A stretch of DNA of 64,000 bases from Candidatus Bathyarchaeota archaeon (GCA_963780185.1 CAWABA010000006.1:416001-480000), one strand, 5' to 3'; numbered from the stretch's first letter, positions 30,015-39,313 are shown. A program made the numbers and translations. The notes: generated by a model not told the origin, from the sequence alone.

Positions 30015-31967
30015 TTAGACCCCCACAGTTAATATTATCAATATCACGATCAGTATGAATCCGACCACTGCCGCGGCAATGTAGTTTTGGACAGTTGTTG
30101 ACGGAACCTTTTTGAGTCTATTGGCGGCGCGTTCGGTTCCATATGCGAAGCTGACGGACAGCTTGTTTGCGGAATCTTCGATATATTTGACGCCTGCCGA
30201 GAGTTTTTCGAGCCCTTTGGCGAATGCGTAGTAGGCGTCGTCGAAGAAGTAAGCGTGCTTGAGCATTGTTGCAAGCGGGTTTGATCCGCCGCCGATGTTT
30301 CTAACGCCAAGGAAGTTCTTGTAGTAGCTCCAGTACACCAGTAGGAACGTTGGGATAAGCAGCGATAGGAATATCAGTTCTACAACATCAAATGAGCCTA
30401 ACAGTGAAATGTTAAGGCTGGTCAAACCTGCAGTTAGGGCTGTTTTTGACATGAAATCCAATATGCCAGTCATCGACAAGCCCCAGATGCAGCATAAGGC
30501 AGTCAGAACTGCGGCGGGGATAAGCATGACTTTAGGCATTTCATGTATGTGTTGCTTCTTTATGTGCTCTGATGGGTTACCCATGAATACTAAACTGAAC
30601 ATGCGTATGCAGTAAGCAAACGTTATAATCGCCGCGCCGTAAAGCAGGATTCCCTGCACCACGTTTACGCTGGTTACGCTTGTTATGATCAAGCCTTTGC
30701 TAAAGAAAGCGGCGAACGGGGGCAAACCGCTTGTGGTGATGATCATTATGCCCATAAGTATGAATGAAGCCGGCATGTATTTTCGTAAGCCACCCATAAG
30801 CCGCATGTCTCTTGTACCGATCGCGTGGATGATGCCTCCTGCGATGAGGAATCCCAACCCTTCGAAGAAAGCGTGGCTAACCATGTGGAACAAGCTGGCG
30901 AACCAGCCGGCGGATACGGCTCCTGCAGTTGCCGCGCCAAGCCCAGCCATCATGAAGCCGATTTGGCTGACTGTGGAGTAAGCGAGGACTCCTTTGATGT
31001 CGGTTGTGGTTATAGCCAGTGTGGCGCCGATGAGGGCTGTTATGACGCCTATCCATGCTACTGTTGGGAACCAGAGTGATTGAAGTGCGATGATAAGGGG
31101 ATATGCAACTGTGGCTATGAGGATGAATCTTGCAAGAAGATAGATGCCTGCCTTAACCATGGTGGCGGCGTGTAAGAGGGCGCTTACTGAGGTTGGAGCT
31201 TCCATTGCGCTGTATAGCCAGGTAAATAATGGGAATTGAGCTGATTTGGCGATTGCGCCGCCTAAAACCAGGAAAAACACCGTGACCAGGAGCCCTGTGT
31301 TAAGTGTTCCAGCGTGGGCGGCTGCCGTGAGGGCGTTGATGATGCCCGTGAAGCTGAAGGTATAGAGGGGTCCTGACCCGTTGACGATTGGCCCCGCATA
31401 CAATATGCCTATGGCGGCTAAGAGGGATATGTCGCCGATGCGGGTCATAATGAAAACTTTAACACCTGCATTAACCGATTCAGGACGCTTATACCAAAAC
31501 GCAATCAAAGCGTAAGAGCAAAGCCCCACCATCTCCCAGAAAATGAACATTTGAAGCAGGTTGTCTGAGATTACTAGCCCAGCCATTGAGCCGATGAAGA
31601 GCATGATTAGGAAGTAGTATCGGGTTAACCCTTCTTCGCCTTTCATGTAACCCCATGAGTAAACGGCGATGATTAAGCCGAAGAACGCGACCAAGCACAC
31701 AAACAACACGCTAAGCGGGTCGATGTAAACGCCTGCACTAATATTACTTGAAAGCCAAGGGACCGAGTGGATTATAGCTGTTCCGTTTCCGTTCCAGACG
31801 GCTGGAATAAGCGAAAACGCTAAGCCCGCGACGGCCGCCATGACGCCTATGACGAAGTAATTGCGGATTTTGTCGCCTTTCTTAGCAATCACTGGAACGA
31901 ATAGGCATGCTATTAGCGGAAGAACCCAAACAGCCCATGCAGAAAACTCAGTTACGTCGAAAGTCAT
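30015..31967 (-). CDS. nuoL: Antiporter-like subunit NuoL/FpoL/MrpA-like
   Basis: FWEMVGLCSY, RIGD, KSAQFP..WL..AMEAPT.VSALLHAATMVKAG. Confidence 0.9.
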   Translation of the reverse strand: MTFDVTEFSAWAVWVLPLIACLFVPVIAKKGDKIRNYFVIGVMAAVAGLAFSLIPAVWNGNGTAIIHSVPWLSSNISAGVYIDPLSVLFVCLVAFFGLIIAVYSWGYMKGEEGLTRYYFLIMLFIGSMAGLVISDNLLQMFIFWEMVGLCSYALIAFWYKRPESVNAGVKVFIMTRIGDISLLAAIGILYAGPIVNGSGPLYTFSFTGIINALTAAAHAGTLNTGLLVTVFFLVLGGAIAKSAQFPLFTWLYSAMEAPTSVSALLHAATMVKAGIYLLARFILIATVAYPLIIALQSLWFPTVAWIGVITALIGATLAITTTDIKGVLAYSTVSQIGFMMAGLGAATAGAVSAGWFASLFHMVSHAFFEGLGFLIAGGIIHAIGTRDMRLMGGLRKYMPASFILMGIMIITTSGLPPFAAFFSKGLIITSVTSVNVVQGILLYGAAIITFAYCIRMFSLVFMGNPSEHIKKQHIHEMPKVMLIPAAVLTALCCIWGLSMTGILDFMSKTALTAGLTSLNISLLGSFDVVELIFLSLLIPTFLLVYWSYYKNFLGVRNIGGGSNPLATMLKHAYFFDDAYYAFAKGLEKLSAGVKYIEDSANKLSVSFAYGTERAANRLKKVPSTTVQNYIAAAVVGFILIVILIILTVGV

Positions 31968-32284
31968 TGTGTTTCAGCCTCGCTTTCAGCTTTTTCCCCG
32001 ATTGACTTGATAATTTTGCTTATGTCGCTTGTCCCATACTTTTTCGACACGATAACAAGCAGCGCCAGAATCACAGCGCTAACCGCAGTATCCGTGGAGA
32101 ACGCCAGAACCAGAAAAGCCTGCCCCAGCCCCTGCCCCATGGCTGAGGTAAGCATGACGAAGTTAAGAGTGGCGCCAACGGCAATTAGCTCTATAGAAAT
32201 AAACACTTTGATCAGTTGGCGATTAGTCAATAAGCCGTAGACGCCGAGTGACAAGATTACAATTGAGAGGATAACGAAGTCCAT
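31964..32284 (-). CDS. nuoK: NuoK/FpoK-like membrane subunit
   Basis: 3 TM, G.YGLL..R.LIK..ISIEL; position in the operon. Confidence 0.85.
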   Translation of the reverse strand: MDFVILSIVILSLGVYGLLTNRQLIKVFISIELIAVGATLNFVMLTSAMGQGLGQAFLVLAFSTDTAVSAVILALLVIVSKKYGTSDISKIIKSIGEKAESEAETQ

Positions 32285-32754
32285 TATGATGCACCTTTCT
32301 TGCGTTTTTCATATAAGATAATGGCGATTCCAAGCGCCACGGTTAAGAGGACTAAGGCTTGCAGGACAACATCCATTCCGTTCAGGTTCCATAAAGCGTC
32401 GCCGAAGCTGCTGTTGGAGACGCCGTAGGATCCGCCTGAAGCTGAAACTGAAAGGAAAATCGCAGGCAAAGATAAAACCACGCCTATGCCAAGCAGCGCC
32501 GCGAGTTTTTCAGGAGACGTTTTCTTCAGAGGTTTGTCGCTTAGCATTTCACCTGACAAGAACAGGATAGCTAATGTGCCAACGCCGACGGCGAACTGAA
32601 AGATAGCCGCGTATGTTGAGCCGTTTTCCGCGTAAAGCAGGGCTGTGAACAGGAAAGTTCCAGCGAACGCCGCGACGGAATAGACTACTTCATCAAGGAA
32701 CAGAGCAAGACACGCAGTTATTATCAAGCCGACTGAAAGAATTTCAAGAATCAT
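32284..32754 (-). CDS. nuoJ: NuoJ/FpoJ-like membrane subunit
   Basis: 5 TM from ATG 32754 (ATGA overlap with the upstream stop); A.FQ..V.VG. Confidence 0.8.
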   Translation of the reverse strand: MILEILSVGLIITACLALFLDEVVYSVAAFAGTFLFTALLYAENGSTYAAIFQFAVGVGTLAILFLSGEMLSDKPLKKTSPEKLAALLGIGVVLSLPAIFLSVSASGGSYGVSNSSFGDALWNLNGMDVVLQALVLLTVALGIAIILYEKRKKGAS

Positions 32755-33218
32755 TCTTTTGGAGCCTCCTCGGGTTTTGGCTTTATGATTAAAGATTTTT
32801 TGTCGGTTGTTGCCAGTTCGTAAGCGGTTGAAGAAGTTATCGCGTTTCTGGGGCAACTTTCGACACATTGATTACAGAAAATGCATTTGTTCAGGTCGAA
32901 TTGTGGACGTTTTTTGCCGTCAACTTCAACGATTTCAATTGCGAATGCGGGGCAATCTCGGGCGCAAACCGTGCAATTCGTGTTTACCAACTTTTTGACG
33001 TCGAATTCGAATTGGCGTTGAGTGCCGCTGAGGTCAATCATGTTGCATGTTCTGATTGCGTAGTCGGGTTTACCTCGGTAATCGTCAGGAAGCTTGGGTT
33101 TAACGAAGGGATACTTAGTTGTCGCTGGCTTCGTGAAGATGTGCGAAACCGTCCGCTTCCACATTGGAGATAACGCACGTGTACGTGATTTCTTGGTTTT
33201 CTTTTCAGTCATTTTCAT
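32751..33218 (-). CDS. nuoI: NuoI/EchF-like 2x[4Fe-4S] subunit
   Basis: T.KYP, YRG, C-x23-CTVCARDCP and CIFCNQCVESCP. Confidence 0.88.
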   Translation of the reverse strand: MKMTEKKTKKSRTRALSPMWKRTVSHIFTKPATTKYPFVKPKLPDDYRGKPDYAIRTCNMIDLSGTQRQFEFDVKKLVNTNCTVCARDCPAFAIEIVEVDGKKRPQFDLNKCIFCNQCVESCPRNAITSSTAYELATTDKKSLIIKPKPEEAPKE

Positions 33219-34225
33219 CACAACAGCGGGTAAACCCATGTTATCATCGCCACGGTCAGCATGAGCGACAATATTGCTAAAGGCAGGATTATTTTCCAGT
33301 TAGCCGATAGCACTTGATCGATGCGTAGCCTTGCAAAGAGAGTTGTTATGTACTCGGAGATTATCACGACGGCTAATACTTTAAGAACGAACCATAGAGA
33401 GTACCAGAAAGCTGGCAAGCCACCGAATACAGGTCCGTATGGTCCGCCGAGGAACAATTCGACTACAAGCGCGGCGCCAAAGACGATTTGCACGTCGCGT
33501 GTCAAGTGGAGAAAGGCTAATTTTGCCCCTGTGTACTCAGTTTCTATTCCACCGACCAATTCGCTTTCTGCGTCGGGAACGTCGAAGGGGTCTTTTTCAA
33601 GTTCTGCTTGAATTGTGATTAGGAAAAGCACGAAAGCCCATGGCGCCATGATGATGAATGGCACAGCTGTGTGGACTTGGTACCCAGCTATTGCGAATAT
33701 GCCTAAGCTTCCCGCGATGAAAGCCGGGGTTAAGGCAAGTAGGAAAAGCGGTATGTCATAACCTAAAAACTGGGTCAGAACTCTTGCTGAACTGATGGTG
33801 CCGTAGGGGTTGGAGGATGCCCAGCCTGAGAGGAACAATAGGAAACTGGCGATGGTTGAGAACGTCAGGACGATGACTAAGTCGATGTTGGAGAAGGCGC
33901 CTGTGGACAGGATGCTTGCCCCGTCGACGGGTAGGAAGCACATAGCGAAAACCATCATGACGAAGGCTACCAGCGGAGCAAACTTGAAGACTATTTTTTT
34001 TGCGTTTCTTGGGTTAATCTCTTCCTTTGTCAGCAGTTTTATGAAGTCTGCCAGCGGCTGAAAGAGCCCGCCTGGACCTGCAACCATTGGGCCTACGCGG
34101 TTTTGTAGACGCGCTTCGAGTTTGCGCTCTACCCAGTCGCAGAACAAAGTTAGGAGCAGGATGAATGCGAAGCCTGGGAAAACTAGTATCCGCGCTATCA
34201 GCCAGAAGTCAATCATTGAAATCAC
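33218..34225 (-). CDS. nuoH: NuoH/EchB-like membrane subunit
   Basis: ERK..AR.Q.RVGP, QPLADFIKLL.KE, PFD.PDAESELVGG..TEY.G, RLRIDQ. Confidence 0.92.
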   Translation of the reverse strand: MISMIDFWLIARILVFPGFAFILLLTLFCDWVERKLEARLQNRVGPMVAGPGGLFQPLADFIKLLTKEEINPRNAKKIVFKFAPLVAFVMMVFAMCFLPVDGASILSTGAFSNIDLVIVLTFSTIASFLLFLSGWASSNPYGTISSARVLTQFLGYDIPLFLLALTPAFIAGSLGIFAIAGYQVHTAVPFIIMAPWAFVLFLITIQAELEKDPFDVPDAESELVGGIETEYTGAKLAFLHLTRDVQIVFGAALVVELFLGGPYGPVFGGLPAFWYSLWFVLKVLAVVIISEYITTLFARLRIDQVLSANWKIILPLAILSLMLTVAMITWVYPLL

Positions 34226-35796
34226 CTGTCAGTGCATGAGAAGCATGGGTCTAAGCTGACAAAGTTAGGGGGAACGTCAGCTATGTTCTCACCTATCGCT
34301 GTCTTGAGGAACGCTGGAATGTTAGCGTATGTTGGAGTGCGGATTTTTACTCGTTCAGGCGAAGCGGTGCCGTTGCCTTTGACATAGTAGAACAGTTCGC
34401 CTCTTGGAGCTTCCACTCGGTTGACTGCTTCACCCACGGGCACGTATCTTGACACGTCAACTCGGATTGGACCTGTCGGCAGGTGTTCCAGCGCGTACTC
34501 GATTATGTTGATGCTTTCTTCAAGTTCATCCATGCGCACGTTTTGTCTTGACCAGGTGTCGCCTGCGGTGTAAACGATTTCTTTGAATGGGATTTCGCCG
34601 TATGCTTCGTAGGGGTCGTCTTTGCGCACGTCTATGTCGTAGCCTGATCCTCTGGCTACTGGTCCGACAACACCCAGCTTTATTGCGTCTTCCCTTGAAA
34701 GTACGCCTTCGTTCTGCATTCGGGCACGTATCGAAGGCTCGTCGGTGTAAACTTTCCTGTAGAACGGCAACTTATTCCGCAGATCCACCATGACAGTTTT
34801 GATCTTGGGTATATCGGTGTCCTTGAGGTCGCGTCTCACGCCGCCTATGGTCATGAGTGAGCCGTAAACGCGGTTTCCGCTGGTTAGCTCGATTAAATCC
34901 ATGACTGGTTCTCTGTCTCTCCAGAAGTACTGGAACAAAGTTTCGTATCCGATTTCCAATCCCGCGTGTCCAAGTGTGAGCAGGTGGCTATGCAGCCTGT
35001 TAAGCTCAAGCGCTATTACCCGTAGGTATTTGGCTCTGGGCGGAACGTCTGTTTTCAGAATCTTTTCGACTGCGCCGACGAAGCCGTATGCGTGGCATGG
35101 GTTGCAGATACCGCAGACTCTTTCCACGAGGTAAATGTCTTGAATGTAGGTTCGTGTCTCAGCCGATTTCTCAATGCCTCTATGCACATAGCCGAGTCTG
35201 GGTTCAACCTTTGTTACAACTTCGCCGTCAACCGTTACTGCGAATTTTTCAGGCTCCAAAAGCGCAGGGTGCTGTGGACCGATGATGAACTTCACAATTT
35301 TCTTGTTCTCGTCAGTAATCTGTTCCGCTGGCTGCGACGGGTTAAGTTTGACTTCATTGGGGTTAACGTCTTTTCTCAGTGGGAAAATTCCTTCAGGCCA
35401 GTATTCGGAAAGGAGAAAGTGCCCTTGAAGCGGGTTGCCTTCGAAAACTACGCCGAAAAGGTCGGTGACTTCCAGTTCATGGAAGGTTGCGCCGGGTATG
35501 ATGTCGTTTATTGTTTGGATTTTGGGGTTTTCTTTAGGCACCTCGGCTTTTATGCCGAAGAATCCTTTTGCCGTGTGAATGTGATAAATTAAGCCCAGGT
35601 TGGCTCCGAGGTCTAAGCCGGTTATCGCGGTTATGCCTGTTTTTTCGTCAGCTTCCACCATGGCTTTAAGGACGTCTCTGTGCAAGCCGTTGCTGGTGCA
35701 TATGGTGGCTGTGCCGAGTAGGTCAGGTTGAATTTGCACTTTTGAGCCGAATTTCGATTCAATCAATTTAACGATGTCTACATCACTGTTTGGCAT
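34222..35796 (-). CDS. Group 4 [NiFe]-hydrogenase large subunit fused to a NuoC-like domain
   Basis: N-terminal NuoC-like E..DLFGV.F.G.P...FPLRKD; GPQHP, HRGIEK; intact L1 RVCGIC..CH and L2 DPCFSCTDR at the very C-terminus. Confidence 0.92.
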   Translation of the reverse strand: MPNSDVDIVKLIESKFGSKVQIQPDLLGTATICTSNGLHRDVLKAMVEADEKTGITAITGLDLGANLGLIYHIHTAKGFFGIKAEVPKENPKIQTINDIIPGATFHELEVTDLFGVVFEGNPLQGHFLLSEYWPEGIFPLRKDVNPNEVKLNPSQPAEQITDENKKIVKFIIGPQHPALLEPEKFAVTVDGEVVTKVEPRLGYVHRGIEKSAETRTYIQDIYLVERVCGICNPCHAYGFVGAVEKILKTDVPPRAKYLRVIALELNRLHSHLLTLGHAGLEIGYETLFQYFWRDREPVMDLIELTSGNRVYGSLMTIGGVRRDLKDTDIPKIKTVMVDLRNKLPFYRKVYTDEPSIRARMQNEGVLSREDAIKLGVVGPVARGSGYDIDVRKDDPYEAYGEIPFKEIVYTAGDTWSRQNVRMDELEESINIIEYALEHLPTGPIRVDVSRYVPVGEAVNRVEAPRGELFYYVKGNGTASPERVKIRTPTYANIPAFLKTAIGENIADVPPNFVSLDPCFSCTDR

Positions 35797-36349
35797 CTGG
35801 TTTTGCCTCCATTACTTCGGGTTTAGCTTCAGGCTGAGCCACCACAACTTGCGGTTCAGCAACTGGTTTTTCCTGTTCTTTTGGGGGTTCAATTTTTTTG
35901 GGTTGCTTCGGCTTCTTTTGCCTAGGCGCGTTTAGGGCATTTAACAGTTTAACGGCTCCGTCTATGATTGCTTCTGGACGCGGTGGGCACCCCGGTATGT
36001 AAGCTGTAACTGGAATTACTTTGTCAACGCCGCCGACTACGTTGTAGTTTCCCGCAAAGACTCCGCCGCTGCATGCGCATGCTCCGATGGCGACGACGAA
36101 TTTCGGCTGCGGCATCTGGTCGTAGACCCTCTTTAGCCGTTCCGCACATTGCTGTGTAACGCAGCCTGTGACAAGAAGGACGTCGGCGTGTCTTGGTGAC
36201 GGCTCAAGTTTTATGCCGAAGCGTTCAACGTCGTATTTCGGCGTTAGTAGAGCGACGATTTCTATGTCGCATCCGTTGCAGGCGCCTGAGTTAAAATGCA
36301 AAACCCAAGGGGATTTGACTCGTGCCCAAGTTACTGTGTTAGAAGACAT
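35783..36349 (-). CDS. nuoB: Hydrogenase small subunit, NuoB/EchC-like
   Basis: CNGCDIE, SPRHADVL, GACACSGG, PGCPPRP. Confidence 0.93.
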   Translation of the reverse strand: MSSNTVTWARVKSPWVLHFNSGACNGCDIEIVALLTPKYDVERFGIKLEPSPRHADVLLVTGCVTQQCAERLKRVYDQMPQPKFVVAIGACACSGGVFAGNYNVVGGVDKVIPVTAYIPGCPPRPEAIIDGAVKLLNALNAPRQKKPKQPKKIEPPKEQEKPVAEPQVVVAQPEAKPEVMEAKPDAKQ

Positions 36350-36694
36350 TTACTCTTTTCCTCCTTCGAGGAGAACGACTCCTGCGACAAGGATTATGCC
36401 GAGGTACAGAATCAAAAGAAGTGGGTTGGTGCTTGCCAACGCGAAAGACGCAAAGGCAAGGACTAAAACGGCTGAATCAAAAATCACAAAGTAAATCAGG
36501 TATTTGTAGAGCGACACGTTAATTCGCAGCCCGTGGAAAACTACTTTTTCTCCGCAAGCGTACGAAGCCTGCTCATTTTCACTTACTGTGGTTTTAGGCG
36601 CTGAACGTTTGCCTAGACTGTAAATTGCGTATGTGCAGATGAATATGAGTACGAAGGCGATTATGGCTTCCTCAATCATCAAACATTTCTCCAC
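36350..36694 (-). CDS. nuoA: NuoA/FpoA-like membrane subunit
   Basis: 3 TM, YACGE, Y.YLIYFVIFD; first gene of the operon. Confidence 0.85.
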   Translation of the reverse strand: MEKCLMIEEAIIAFVLIFICTYAIYSLGKRSAPKTTVSENEQASYACGEKVVFHGLRINVSLYKYLIYFVIFDSAVLVLAFASFALASTNPLLLILYLGIILVAGVVLLEGGKE

Positions 36695-37025
36695 TTTTGC
36701 TTTCTTTGATTTATTTGGGCTTGTGTAGGGACAGAGTCAAGGCTGAATATGTTGTGTCTGAAAGAAGGTCGGAGAAGAGGGCTAACGCACATGGAAGTGC
36801 CATTGGCTTGGTTGCATAGTAGTCTCCCCCACACAGTTACTAACTTCTCCCTACTACCCCGAGATAGTTCCTAATAATTGCTCTACTTACTTTTAAATAT
36901 TAAGAAACAAAAACAAAACAAACGCCATGGACAAACCGAAAGAAAAACAGCCATCACCCAGTTAAAGGCAAACCAATTCGGTCAGCAAAACCTTCATTCT
37001 GAGCCATTTTCGGTTGCTTGACTGT

Positions 37026-37065
37026 CTATTTGGCTTATCTAGATGGGCTATTTGGTTCATCTAGA
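37026..37065. repeat. 18-bp direct repeat at 22-bp period upstream of the hydrogenase operon
   Basis: CTATTTGGCTTATCTAGA / CTATTTGGTTCATCTAGA (16/18). Confidence 0.6.
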
Positions 37066-37202
37066 AAACCGTAGGGGTAGTGGGTACGAAAAAAGAAGAC
37101 TGCGGGTAATCTAAGCTAAGTAGTGTGCGAAGTTGTTGATGATGATGGAGTAATTTCCTTCTTTTTCCTAAAACATAACGTCTAGTAGACGCATACGAGG
37201 CA

Positions 37203-37254
37203 GGGGAAGGTCTAGTATTTGTGACCAAAACCAAGCACAAAATGACACGACTTT
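37203..37254 (+). repeat. Dispersed repeat family A, single-hairpin copy
   Basis: GGGGAAGGTCTAGTA-TTTGTG-N12-CACAAA-ATG. Confidence 0.7.
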
Positions 37255-37321
37255 CTCAAACGCCAATCAAAAACTGAGAGAAAATCCGACTAAAATCCAT
37301 TGTTTCCGAATTTATCTTTTC

Positions 37322-37810
37322 TTAGTCATGCATTAGGACGACTTCGCCGGGAGCAAGCCAGATGTCGCTGTAAAACTCTAAAACACGTGGACCTAAAAGC
37401 TGGTAAAGCTTCACAAAACCGATATTTCGGAAACCATTTTGGCTTAAAACGCGCAAAGCAGCGGCGTTTCGTCTTTGAGTGGAGGCAAAAACTGCTTGTG
37501 CACCGCCCTGCTTGAGACACCTTATTCCTTCAATCGTAAGCGCGTTTGCCACGCCTTTTCGCCGAAACTTCGGATGCACGGCAATCCAAAGGATGCAACC
37601 GAACTTTTCGCCGCCTATTTTGAAGTCTATAAGTTTAGCGAACCCAACCACTGATCTCTCTGCCTCACTTACAAGCACCTACCCGTTTCCTGAAATCAGG
37701 CTGTGGACGGCGAAGAAAGCAATAAACCTTGAAAAGGACAAACTTGCAATTTCTCTTAGCTTACCTGTATCGCTCTGCAGCATTTGCCTTATCAAAGGCT
37801 GGTCGGTCAA
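37322..37810 (-). CDS. GNAT-family acetyltransferase interrupted by an in-frame TAG at 37679-37681
   Basis: IAVHPKFRRKGVA (motif A), N.AA.R.L..NGF; upstream in-frame segment MTDQPLIRQMLQSD.. supplies the typical GNAT N-terminus. Confidence 0.8.
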
Positions 37811-37871
37811 AAAGGCGTCTCCTTTCACATTGAAATAAGTAAAGAATGTAATTTAAGGTAAAACGCTTCCG

Positions 37872-39059
37872 CTAGACTGGTGCGATTGGGGGCGGCGTGC
37901 CAGGCGTTGGAAGGGGCTGTTCGCCAGGTTTTTTGTTGCTGAAGATTAAGCTTGTTGACCGCACAATTTGGGGGACACCTGCCAAGTCTTCAAAGATTAA
38001 TAGACCTCGAGCAAGTAGGGCGAATACGCCTGCTATGGGAGCAGCTACTCCGAGGAGACCAAGGATTCCGACTATTCCGAATTCCTGCACACCTATGCCT
38101 GCTGGAGTAATCGGTATGAAAGCGAGGGCAGTTACTAATGGGTGGATCAAGAAGAACGCTAGCCACCACCACGCCGTTAATTGTGAGATTCCTAATGCGT
38201 AACCTAAAAACCACCATTCAAAACCCTTTATGATCCAGCATGCGGAAGTTAGAAAAACTATCTCCGGAATTGCTTTGCTTGTGCTGCTAGAGCTTTCTTT
38301 GTATTCCTCAAGCTTTCCTATTAAGCCGCCTGTGAACCTTTTCAGAAGTCTAGAATTTGCGATCTTGTCAAATATCGAGATGGCTCGTTTGGACCATGTG
38401 AAGGCAGCAAGAACGATAGCTCCAGTCATCATTAAACTTATTCCGAGTATTGCAGCAAGAAAGCCAATGTTTACCCCAAAAAGGCTTACATGATGAAACA
38501 CTGTATCCCATGTTGCGGGCGGCGCTACGCTTACAAGAAAAATTATGGCGCCTATTCCGCCGACTACTTTAATTATAAACTCAAATGTCTGGATACCCAG
38601 AACGCTTGAGAGGCTTTTTGATGTTGGCACGTCTTGATCTCTTAGGTAAACTGGTGTGAGGATGTAGCCTGAGCGGCCTGGTGTGACGTCGCTGGTTAGC
38701 ATGCCAGCATACTGAGCGAGCAATGTTTTGCCAAATGAGGTTTTTACTTTGTTTTTGCTCAGGACTCTTCTCAGCCGCACCGTGAATAGGAGGTTTATTC
38801 CAAAGTACATCAGAAAAGCAAGAGCCAGGAACTCAAGTTTGATGGTGAGTATAGTGTTGTAAATGTAATCCACGCCTTTGAGAATCGTCGCTTCCCCAGG
38901 GTGATAGGTGGATGGGACAGTTGTGCCTACATACCACAGCAAAGCTACCAAAATGGCAATCATAAAGATTGCTTGCAGCGAAATCTTCAGAATTTGGCGC
39001 GAACGCGACGATTTCTGCTTGGAGGCTGATTCTCTGGTTGTCAATGTGTCTTTCAACAT
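37872..39059 (-). CDS. Lysylphosphatidylglycerol synthase TM-domain protein (UPF0104, flippase-like)
   Basis: Multi-TM; TPGRSG, PITPAGIGVQE. Confidence 0.85.
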   Translation of the reverse strand: MLKDTLTTRESASKQKSSRSRQILKISLQAIFMIAILVALLWYVGTTVPSTYHPGEATILKGVDYIYNTILTIKLEFLALAFLMYFGINLLFTVRLRRVLSKNKVKTSFGKTLLAQYAGMLTSDVTPGRSGYILTPVYLRDQDVPTSKSLSSVLGIQTFEFIIKVVGGIGAIIFLVSVAPPATWDTVFHHVSLFGVNIGFLAAILGISLMMTGAIVLAAFTWSKRAISIFDKIANSRLLKRFTGGLIGKLEEYKESSSSTSKAIPEIVFLTSACWIIKGFEWWFLGYALGISQLTAWWWLAFFLIHPLVTALAFIPITPAGIGVQEFGIVGILGLLGVAAPIAGVFALLARGLLIFEDLAGVPQIVRSTSLIFSNKKPGEQPLPTPGTPPPIAPV

Positions 39060-39133
39060 CTGTTTTGACTGTTAAATCTCTTGCGGGAAAAAGCCCCAAA
39101 TCAAATGTCGGCACATGGGCAGCAGCATTGCGG

Positions 39134-39313
39134 TCAGGGTCTTGCGCATTCAGCCTTTGGACGATAAGGACGCTTAGTTGTCCTCCTACGCCTATGGTAT
39201 TCGCACTCTTCTATCCGCGTAAGCATCCAGCCGTCATCGCGGTAAACGCAACCGCACGGCAACTTTACCGTTTTCCGCTCGCCAATGTCTCCCGTGCCTT
39301 TTTCAACCGTCAT
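39134..39313 (-). CDS. Unannotated 59-aa Cys/His microprotein, paralog of 276-440
   Basis: Hand translation MTVEKGTGDIGERKTVKLPCGCVYRDDGWMLTRIEECEYHRRRRTTKRPYRPKAECARP. Confidence 0.75.
   Translation of the reverse strand: MTVEKGTGDIGERKTVKLPCGCVYRDDGWMLTRIEECEYHRRRRTTKRPYRPKAECARP

Noticed and set aside
22128-36494. Numerous plus-strand ORFs antisense to hppA and the hydrogenase operon
   Set aside because: Shadow ORFs caused by codon bias of the real opposite-strand genes
26898-36694. Annotation as NADH:quinone oxidoreductase (complex I)
   Set aside because: No NuoEFG, and the D-like subunit retains both Ni-binding CxxC motifs
37322-37810. Genome-wide TAG recoding
   Set aside because: TAG is the evident stop of many intact genes here (e.g. 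hppA, the nucleotidyltransferase, ArsR, the ABM protein)
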